Source: Patescibacteria group bacterium
Lineage (GTDB): Bacteria > Patescibacteriota > Minisyncoccia > 2-02-FULL-40-12 > IGHO2-01-FULL-4-A
Assembly: GCA_038064015.1 (NCBI GenBank)
Contig: JBBTUB010000033.1
Location: 1 to 45,681 of the forward strand
Reading direction: 5' to 3'
Length of the DNA stretch: 45,681 nt
Positions 28,211 through 35,734 of the stretch are shown here, one piece after another. Positions within the stretch are counted from its first letter, which is position 1. Each line of letters starts with the position of its first letter. The translations under genes were made by a program, and so were the position numbers. Below the pieces are notes generated by a model, which searched no databases, had not been told where the DNA came from, and saw nothing but the letters and a program-made list of their open reading frames with translations.

Positions 28211-29934
28211 GCGATCTCCTGCTGATAACATGTCTCGCAATATATCACTTCTTGACGGTCTGGGGAATACGAAGTCTCAAATTCCTTGCCGCACTTGGCG
28301 CATTGGCGATGATAAAAGTGCGGGGGGTTGCGAAGCTTCAGGCGCTCGTAGTGGCGACAATTGGGGCAGAGGCGTGGCAGGGGGATTTGCATACGTCGGA
28401 GAAAAGTCAGTTCTTCGGGAATGATCCGAAACGCCCCCGTACATTCCTGGTCGCACTGCTCAGCGTGCACACAACCAAGCACTTCATTGAGAATCGTATC
28501 GGGTGCTTCTTTGATATGTTCCGGGAGCTTTGCGGCTGGGAGCGTCGCGGCATGTTTTTGACGCGCCGTTTCATACCATAGAAAGCCCCGCTCTTTTGCC
28601 TCTTCCTGATTCATAGGAAAAAATTCATACGCCTCGCTGATGCGGTACGGGAATGGCGAAAGCTCCGATGGAAAAAACTCGCCGTACTTGTATTCATGCC
28701 CCGCAGCGTCGGTATAGGGCATTTCTGTCATTTGGGATTTGATCTTTGCTATTTCCGCGAAGTACGCTTCGCGAGTGTACTGCTTGTTGAAAATGCAGTA
28801 CTGCTTGTTTCGCACGCCGATACATGCAAAGCAGTTGGAAACATTCCTGCAAAAAATGCTGTACTCCACATCCTTCACATTCACCATAACTTGTGAGCAA
28901 AAGCGTATGTTGGAAGCGCCCCGCCCGGAAATCAAAGTTTCGTAGCAGAGTTCCGCGCCTTCCCCAAAGTTTGATAAATCCCGGCAGTCTTTTACTGATT
29001 TTTCTAAGATATTTTGAGTATGCTTGCAATCCTCGGCACCGCGAACCCGATAGCAGTGCAAGGCATTTTTGGATTCGTAGATATAGTCGCCGCTGACGTT
29101 CACATTTTTCCACTCGTGCATAAATTTGTGCGGCTTGGTTTTCCAAAGCGCGCGCGCTGTGTCCTGAGCTTGTTGAAGGGCCGCATGCGATCCGAGATCC
29201 ATCTCGGCGATTTTTTTCAGATACTCCTCGCGCGAATACTGCTCATTAAAAATACAATATGACTTTTTCCGCAGCCCCACGCATCCGAAGCAATTATTGC
29301 ACCCCACGCAATCTTGGCACAATGTTACATCTTGGCAGGAATCACAATCAGCCGAGAAAAACGCTTTGTAGCAATGCTCGATGTTCACGCTCCCGTAGGA
29401 CAGATCGCAGTGGTCAGTCATGTGGCCATCCATGCACTGCTTCGATCCGTGATCCCATATGAGATAGGCCGAATCTTCGGTAAAAGTCGCCCCACGCACG
29501 AGATAGCAATTTTTACTGTCCGCGAGATTCATACAGTAGCGGCAGTTCACAAGATTGAGTGAAGAATGCGCCGGCTCAGGGACTTTCTCCATGAATGCTT
29601 TGAATTGCTCAAAAAACGGCCTCGAAAAATCATAGTCCTGGCCATAGTCCAGCGGATCCCATGCATCGGAAAACCAGTAGTCGCGATCAAAAATGGGAAT
29701 GGGGCTTTCTTCCGGAAAGAATGAGAATATCTCTTCTTGCCCCGCGGAGCCTTGGCGAAGTGGGGTTTTCTTGAAAAGATGCCAGCCGTTGCGCCAGCTC
29801 ATGCGCCGCTGGAAGCGGCAATCGGGACAAAAGGTGGGCGGCGGGACTTGGATTTTCTCGTAGAATGCAAAATCATCCGGCTCGATGAGGAAGTCTTTCT
29901 TACAGCTTTGGCATGTCCTTTGGTCTTTGAGCAT
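28207..29934 (-). CDS. Cys-rich protein paralogue P10 (575 aa)
   Basis: Family motifs; CDLCG knuckle replaced by repeat-derived PLRQGSAGQ. Confidence 0.92.
   Translation of the reverse strand: MLKDQRTCQSCKKDFLIEPDDFAFYEKIQVPPPTFCPDCRFQRRMSWRNGWHLFKKTPLRQGSAGQEEIFSFFPEESPIPIFDRDYWFSDAWDPLDYGQDYDFSRPFFEQFKAFMEKVPEPAHSSLNLVNCRYCMNLADSKNCYLVRGATFTEDSAYLIWDHGSKQCMDGHMTDHCDLSYGSVNIEHCYKAFFSADCDSCQDVTLCQDCVGCNNCFGCVGLRKKSYCIFNEQYSREEYLKKIAEMDLGSHAALQQAQDTARALWKTKPHKFMHEWKNVNVSGDYIYESKNALHCYRVRGAEDCKHTQNILEKSVKDCRDLSNFGEGAELCYETLISGRGASNIRFCSQVMVNVKDVEYSIFCRNVSNCFACIGVRNKQYCIFNKQYTREAYFAEIAKIKSQMTEMPYTDAAGHEYKYGEFFPSELSPFPYRISEAYEFFPMNQEEAKERGFLWYETARQKHAATLPAAKLPEHIKEAPDTILNEVLGCVHAEQCDQECTGAFRIIPEELTFLRRMQIPLPRLCPNCRHYERLKLRNPPHFYHRQCAKCGKEFETSYSPDRQEVIYCETCYQQEIA
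29736..29765 (-). repeat. 30-bp hairpin element in-frame in P10
   Basis: Minus strand CCCCACTTCGCCAAGGCTCCGCGGGGCAAG, same family as 14638-14668. Confidence 0.8.
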
Positions 29935-29937
29935 GAA

Positions 29938-29987
29938 ACTTGAAGCTTAAAGCTTTAGGCTTTAGGCTTTAGGCTTTACGTTTTAAG
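29938..29987. repeat. Intergenic 7-bp tandem repeat (7 units, consensus GCTTTAG)
   Basis: ACTTGAA-GCTTAAA-GCTTTAG-GCTTTAG-GCTTTAG-GCTTTAC-GTTTTAA fills nearly the whole P11-P10 spacer. Confidence 0.9.
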
Positions 29988-29988
29988 A

Positions 29989-31644
29989 TTATGACACCTC
30001 TTGCTGATAGCATTCCTCACAGTACACAATCTCCGGACGGTTTGGAGCGTAGCTTGTCTGGATTGCTTTGCTGCACTTGGCGCATTGCCGCTGATAGATC
30101 TCGATCGGATTTAATTGCTTGATCCGGGCGCGGTCACGGCAAAGCGGGCAGTGGCGCGGGATGGGCAAGTTGAAACGCTTTAAGAATTGCAGTTCTTTGC
30201 CGATGATTTGATAGTTTCTGCCGCATTGATCGCACTTGAGAATTTCTTTGAGAATCTCATCATTCACATCTTTAATATGATCGGGTAGTTGGATGCTGGC
30301 CGGCTTGTACTCACGCGCATCCTCATCCCGCCATGCGAAGCCTTGGGCAAGGGCTTGATCCTTGGTGATCGGAAACCACTCATAGGCATTAGATTCATTG
30401 TAAGGCCACGGGCACAACGAGATCGGGAGCATCTCGCCATATTCTTTCATGCTCGCTTTAATTTTTTCCATCAGCACACCATATTCCTCTTTTGAGTATT
30501 GCTTATTCAGAATGCAATATTCTCCGGTTCGAATGCCGACACAGCCAAACAAATTGCCCGCTCCATGACATCCGAAACAATACTCAAGATCGTGTGACTT
30601 ATAGCACCAGATGCTAAATTTGACATTATTGACCTGAATTCCCACCCAGCCACATTCATAAATCCATTCGGCATTCAGTCCAAACGTAGTATAGTCCATC
30701 GCATTATGGACATCTCCCGCTTTAAGCAGTTGGCAGTATCGAAGATTCTCGCTGTTGCGAACCATGTATGAATCTTTGGTATTTTTGCTGGTATAAATAT
30801 AGTCACCCGAGATATCTTGATTTTTATATCCATGGAACTGCCGACGCGGCTGGGTCAACATAAATTCCTGGGCCTTTGTCTTAAATTCTTCGATACTCTT
30901 CACGGTATCAAAGCCGTACTGCGTAACGAGCGTCTGATATTCTTCCTTTGAATATGGCTGATTGAAGATATAGTAGCTTTTCTTGCGTAAATTAACGCAT
31001 CCAACGCAATCATTGCACCCCACCAGGTCACGAGAAAACCAGATGTCATGAGAATCTTCGCAATCTTGCGAAAAGAATACTTGATAACACTTGTTGAGGT
31101 TTGTTGACTCGTAGCACAGTTCGCAAAAGTTTGAGAAGGAAACATCGAAGCTATTTTTCAAAGCTGTCCCGGTGTTGCAGTAGCCGCACTCCTCGCTTTC
31201 ATCAAATTTGAAACAGAGATAACAATTCTTCAGTGTCGCGGCGGCATTGCAGTAATCACTCCCGATCATCGTTGAGTACTCGGTCATGAGCGCGGGCATT
31301 GGCACTGCCAGCATGAGATCTTTCCACTGGTCAAAAAATGGCCGATTGGGATCGTAGTCACGGCCGTAGCTTTTCGGATCCCACGTGTCGGACCACCAGA
31401 TATCTTGTTTGTATACTTTATGGGGTGAATCGGGCGGAATGGTTGAGATCACCATTTCATTACTAAAGTCGCACGTTCGTTTGTACAAAAACCGATACCC
31501 TTGCCATGCGAGGCGACGCACCATCCGGCATTTCGGACACCACGTCGGCGGCGGGACATGCATCTGCTCGTAAAACGAAAAATCATCAGGCTCAATGAGG
31601 AAGTCTTTTTTACAGGACTGGCAATTTTTTGTTTCCGTATTCAA
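29989..31644 (-). CDS. Cys-rich protein paralogue P11 (~551 aa)
   Basis: Family motifs; probable TTG start at 31644, just after the stop of 31649-32044. Confidence 0.9.
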   Translation of the reverse strand: MNTETKNCQSCKKDFLIEPDDFSFYEQMHVPPPTWCPKCRMVRRLAWQGYRFLYKRTCDFSNEMVISTIPPDSPHKVYKQDIWWSDTWDPKSYGRDYDPNRPFFDQWKDLMLAVPMPALMTEYSTMIGSDYCNAAATLKNCYLCFKFDESEECGYCNTGTALKNSFDVSFSNFCELCYESTNLNKCYQVFFSQDCEDSHDIWFSRDLVGCNDCVGCVNLRKKSYYIFNQPYSKEEYQTLVTQYGFDTVKSIEEFKTKAQEFMLTQPRRQFHGYKNQDISGDYIYTSKNTKDSYMVRNSENLRYCQLLKAGDVHNAMDYTTFGLNAEWIYECGWVGIQVNNVKFSIWCYKSHDLEYCFGCHGAGNLFGCVGIRTGEYCILNKQYSKEEYGVLMEKIKASMKEYGEMLPISLCPWPYNESNAYEWFPITKDQALAQGFAWRDEDAREYKPASIQLPDHIKDVNDEILKEILKCDQCGRNYQIIGKELQFLKRFNLPIPRHCPLCRDRARIKQLNPIEIYQRQCAKCSKAIQTSYAPNRPEIVYCEECYQQEVS

Positions 31645-31648
31645 TGGG

Positions 31649-32044
31649 TTATCGGTCCCATATCTCACCGTCAGGATGAAAAGCAAGCTGGTATTCGGCA
31701 ATACCGATAGAGACACCGTAGGAGCGTGCCTGGGCGTACTGTTCCTCCTTGGATCGATCTACACAGAACACTTTATTACGAAAAATGATGTAGTGATGCG
31801 TGTCGTTCTTAAAATCAGCAAACCATGATCCCGGATGAGCCGATTCGATTGATGCGCTGATTTCCTCGGCTATCTCCTGTGCCTTTTCTTCTTCTACCTC
31901 AATATCGTTCCATGTCCATTCGGTAAGCCATGGAGTCTGATGACGCTGAGTGATCTTCTCCACTCTTGTGCCCAAAATCCTCACCTTTTTCAGCACGTCC
32001 TTATTCTCCAAACTTTCTTCGATGATGATGCCTTTGTAATTCAT
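31649..32044 (-). CDS. Conserved-looking hypothetical protein (131 aa)
   Basis: YKGIIIEESL..WFADFKND..IIFRNKVF..YG..IGI..YQL; no function recognised. Confidence 0.75.
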   Translation of the reverse strand: MNYKGIIIEESLENKDVLKKVRILGTRVEKITQRHQTPWLTEWTWNDIEVEEEKAQEIAEEISASIESAHPGSWFADFKNDTHHYIIFRNKVFCVDRSKEEQYAQARSYGVSIGIAEYQLAFHPDGEIWDR

Positions 32045-32086
32045 GGTTTTATCTTACGCCTATTCGGAAAAATCTTCAAGCAGGAA

Positions 32087-32635
32087 TTATCGTTTATGGG
32101 ACTTCAAATATTCATTCGCACGCAGGATAAGCGCAACGGATTGCGCATGCGTGATCTTGCTCTCTAGTGCCCACTGCACAACATCGCTAAATGGTATAAT
32201 CATGACTTCACTCACTTCTTGATCTTTGGGTTTTTCAATTTCTACTACGTTTTCGGCAAGAAAAAGAAATGCCGGCGAAACAACTACTGTGGTGAAAGGA
32301 TTGACCATACCCAAAGGAGTCCATTTTTCTGAAACTAAACCGGTTTCTTCCCTAAGCTCTCGCTTGGCGGCCGTCAACGCCTCTTCACCCTGGTCAATAG
32401 CACCATTTGGAGTTTCAATAATCTCTTTATCTATGCCGTATCGATATACTTTAACCAGATGTACATTGCCCTCCTTATCAATTGGTAGGATCGAAATACC
32501 CGGTACCATTGTTACTATTCCGAATATTCCATCCTTTCCATCGGGCCGGATGACTTTGTCTTCAACGACTTCAATCCACTGGTTTTTATAAACCTGTTTT
32601 GAGCTAACGACCTCAAATGGTCCACGTTTTTTCAT
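32087..32635 (-). CDS. NUDIX hydrolase (ADP-ribose pyrophosphatase-like)
   Basis: Nudix box GAIDQGEEALTAAKRELREETG. Confidence 0.92.
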   Translation of the reverse strand: MKKRGPFEVVSSKQVYKNQWIEVVEDKVIRPDGKDGIFGIVTMVPGISILPIDKEGNVHLVKVYRYGIDKEIIETPNGAIDQGEEALTAAKRELREETGLVSEKWTPLGMVNPFTTVVVSPAFLFLAENVVEIEKPKDQEVSEVMIIPFSDVVQWALESKITHAQSVALILRANEYLKSHKR

Positions 32636-33279
32636 AAAGATTCTAAAAATTTCTCCATATCACTACGAAGATCTTTCATAAAAACATGGAGATCATGAGT
32701 AAAGGTCTCGGGAAATTTTTCCATCTCGCGATCAAGTTCGGGTAAAGTGTAGAACAATATCCCCTTGGCTTCTTGATCAGCCGGACGCACGCGACCATCA
32801 TATAGACCAAAATACGTGAACACTTTATTCACCACGGGAATTTCTACACCGTCAATAATCTTATTAAGTGTATAAGCCTTTGTTTGGACATGCTCTACGA
32901 TCGCAATTGTGCTTAGGTATTCTCGGAGCAATACAAGCGTTTTCTTAAAATCGCTGTCGCTTCGTAGGACAATTGATGGCGTCTGTAATTCTTGGACAGT
33001 TTCCACCATCACTGAATAGTCGGGTGAGTTACCGTAGGTCATATGGCCGCCCATGGATTTGTCGAGCATGCCTGGGTTATGATTTTTTTCAAACGAACGC
33101 TTCTGAACCAAGAGCTCTCCCCTGCTATTGAACAGAAAAATATTGACGATACCGGCGGCTCGCGTCGGTTTTCTCCCCAAACGATGTGCTTCAACTTGCG
33201 CTTTATAAAACTCCACCCGATCCATTGGCTCTTCTTTTTCGAGATTATCTAATGGATAGGTTGTGATGATTTCGGACAT
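32632..33279 (-). CDS. NUDIX-fold protein (IPP-isomerase-like)
   Basis: FLFNSRGELLVQKRS..K..NPG.LD.SMGGH; Nudix box degenerate (ETVQEL). Confidence 0.75.
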   Translation of the reverse strand: MSEIITTYPLDNLEKEEPMDRVEFYKAQVEAHRLGRKPTRAAGIVNIFLFNSRGELLVQKRSFEKNHNPGMLDKSMGGHMTYGNSPDYSVMVETVQELQTPSIVLRSDSDFKKTLVLLREYLSTIAIVEHVQTKAYTLNKIIDGVEIPVVNKVFTYFGLYDGRVRPADQEAKGILFYTLPELDREMEKFPETFTHDLHVFMKDLRSDMEKFLESL

Positions 33280-33288
33280 ATAACTAGC

Positions 33289-34953
33289 TTACACGACTTC
33301 TGCTTGATAACAAGCTTCGCAATAAATTTTCTCTTTGCGGTCAGGGGAATATGGCGTCTCGAATTCATTGGGACATTGGCCGGTGTGCTGCGGGTGGGAA
33401 AGCGTACACATACAAGAGCGATGAAAGAGCTGGCGAGGGGCGCGGAGGGCGATGCGGGCGGCATCGCGGCACGGATAGCACTGCCGCGGGATGGGAATCT
33501 GCTCGCGGCGGTAAAATGCGAGCTCCGGCTCGACAATATTGTAATTGCGGCCACAAGTAACACACTTGAGTGCCTGCTTGAGAATATCATCAGTCACGTC
33601 TTTGATATCATCTGGAATTTGTTCTGGTTGCAGTGTTTCTTTGCCAAAAGTTCCGGTCGTCGCTTTTCCTTCAACTTTTTCCGGCATAAAGAGCGCTACG
33701 TGGGTTTCATTAAGATCAAACGGCGAAAGCTTGATCGGAAAAAATTCGCCGTACTCCCCTCGCGCTTTCATGTCAACAATAATTTTCTCTTTTAATTTTT
33801 TAAATTCTTCCGGTGAATATTTTTTATTAAGTATCATGTACTCGCCTTTCTTGAGTCCAATACAGCCAAATAAATTTTGTGAATTGAAACAATTGTCACA
33901 GTACTCCAGGTGCGATACATCGTAAGTGACGTTGCAAAATTTGAGGTTGAACGCGCGGATCAGTGCGTGACATTCGTAAATCAGCTCAATCTTTTGGGCA
34001 TTACGATAGCTATCCATCGTGTCCTTGACTCCGCCCTCCACGTTGGCAACATACTTTACATTTTCACAATCGTCCGCATCAAAAGCAACCGCGGTGTTTT
34101 TCGAATCAAAAATATAGCTGCCCGTCGCATTGACCGAACGCTCGATACACGAGTATTTATATATTGCACCTTGCAGAAGCTCTAAAAATTGTTCATAGAG
34201 CTTTTTGCGATCCTTATATGACCCGAGATGAAACTCGGCAACTTTTTTTTGGTATTCTTCTTTGGAAAGTTGCTGGTTGAGAAACACGTTGCTTTTATTG
34301 CGCAAGTTCACTGACAAAAAACAATTAACGCACCCTCGTACGTCATAACAGTAAGAACAGTTGGTGCAGTTATCCATTAAGATGCAGTACTGGCATTGGT
34401 AGCTATTGTCCACATTGATGCATTGGTAGCATCGCTCGGCTTTTGAATAGATCGTCATGCAATCCATAGAATCGCGAGAAGAAATAACAAAATCACTGTA
34501 CATCATATTCTCGCATGACATATTTGATGATCCCATAAAGCAATCTTTGTTGTCGGATGAGTGGTTGGTATATTCGGATCGCACGCTGTTTTTGCCAAGC
34601 ATTGCAATGCGAGGCACGACTTTCTGGAGATCGGCTAGTTGTTCAAAAAAGGGACGATCGGGATCATAGTCCCGCTCAAACTCCGCTCCATCCCATTTGT
34701 CAGACCACCAGCATGGCTGGCAGTATACTTTAAATGGCTTACTCGGAGAATACATTGCTACCGTACTCTTGCCACACAAGTCGCAGTTTCTTCGATAGAG
34801 ATTCCGATCATTACGCCACGCATATCTTCGCTGTTGTCGGCACTCTGGACACCACGTCGGTGGCGGGACCTTCATGCGCTCATAAAAACTCGAGTCGTCG
34901 GGCTCGATGGGGAAGGACTGAGAGCAGTTTTTGCACACGCTGTTAGTTTTCAC
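33289..34953 (-). CDS. Cys-rich protein paralogue P12 (554 aa)
   Basis: Family motifs; C-terminal CMCTLSHPQHTGQCPNEF variant. Confidence 0.92.
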   Translation of the reverse strand: MKTNSVCKNCSQSFPIEPDDSSFYERMKVPPPTWCPECRQQRRYAWRNDRNLYRRNCDLCGKSTVAMYSPSKPFKVYCQPCWWSDKWDGAEFERDYDPDRPFFEQLADLQKVVPRIAMLGKNSVRSEYTNHSSDNKDCFMGSSNMSCENMMYSDFVISSRDSMDCMTIYSKAERCYQCINVDNSYQCQYCILMDNCTNCSYCYDVRGCVNCFLSVNLRNKSNVFLNQQLSKEEYQKKVAEFHLGSYKDRKKLYEQFLELLQGAIYKYSCIERSVNATGSYIFDSKNTAVAFDADDCENVKYVANVEGGVKDTMDSYRNAQKIELIYECHALIRAFNLKFCNVTYDVSHLEYCDNCFNSQNLFGCIGLKKGEYMILNKKYSPEEFKKLKEKIIVDMKARGEYGEFFPIKLSPFDLNETHVALFMPEKVEGKATTGTFGKETLQPEQIPDDIKDVTDDILKQALKCVTCGRNYNIVEPELAFYRREQIPIPRQCYPCRDAARIALRAPRQLFHRSCMCTLSHPQHTGQCPNEFETPYSPDRKEKIYCEACYQAEVV

Positions 34954-35725
34954 TAAGTTTTGTTAGTAACTTCTGTCGATCATCCTTAAGTTTCCTCTGC
35001 TCATCGACGTCACCTCGTTCTATAAAACTCCGCGGTAAAGCTTGTAGACTTTCTACAAAGTTCTGACGCGCTTTCACGAGCCGGACCTGAAGTTGCTGTT
35101 CAGTCTTTTCAATATACCAAATAATGGACCTGAACTTAGCGAAGAGGTAATATGTCGATTCACTCTCCGCTCTTTGGATTTCCGGCAAATCTACATCCAC
35201 AAGATAAATCTTAGCTTGATCATATTCACCGGCTTTTCCGTAAACAAATTGGCGATCAGAAAATATATCAGCACAATATAAGCCGCCATCTCGTATTTTG
35301 TCAAAAAGATAACGTGTGAGATTCATATAGAGTTCCTCCATTTTTATGGAAAAAGAGGCTTTTTCTTCATCGGATATTTTTTTGAGATCAACATATTGAA
35401 TCCTCTCACCCTGTATTCGTTCGGTAATAACGTAGATGGTACTTTTCTCTGAATTCTTGCCGCTTATCACATACTCGGTGGGTGCCGAGGGAATATGGTA
35501 AGACTCGAGAAGCTCATTATGAAGTTTCCTGCTTGTAGCGACCACCGCTTCCGGCGTATCTCCAACCCAGGGATGATCTTCATGAAAATATGAAAACGGA
35601 GCTTCACGAATTATTTTATTCTCATGACCCAAGATAGTCCTTAATTGAGGCAAGGTCCTCTCTTCTTCATTAATTCGAAATTTTGCAGAATGCAGGGGTT
35701 CGTGAAATGGATCTTCGATATTCAT
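34943..35725 (-). CDS. Hypothetical protein, possible atypical kinase-like fold (260 aa)
   Basis: YVITERIQG hinge-like segment, ADIFSDRQF and IYLVDVD resemble degenerate catalytic and metal-binding loops. Confidence 0.55.
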   Translation of the reverse strand: MNIEDPFHEPLHSAKFRINEEERTLPQLRTILGHENKIIREAPFSYFHEDHPWVGDTPEAVVATSRKLHNELLESYHIPSAPTEYVISGKNSEKSTIYVITERIQGERIQYVDLKKISDEEKASFSIKMEELYMNLTRYLFDKIRDGGLYCADIFSDRQFVYGKAGEYDQAKIYLVDVDLPEIQRAESESTYYLFAKFRSIIWYIEKTEQQLQVRLVKARQNFVESLQALPRSFIERGDVDEQRKLKDDRQKLLTKLSEN

Positions 35726-35734
35726 AGCAATGAA

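Noticed and set aside
29938-29987. CRISPR array
   Set aside because: 7-bp tandem units without spacers; no cas genes.
3451-34953. Diversity-generating retroelement acting on the paralogues
   Set aside because: No reverse transcriptase and no TR/VR pair with adenine-specific differences was seen; divergence is spread through the genes. A trans-acting DGR elsewhere cannot be excluded.
3451-34953. Multiheme cytochromes or ferredoxins
   Set aside because: CxxCH occurs only sporadically, there is no export signal, and no consistent CxxCxxCxxxCP motif.
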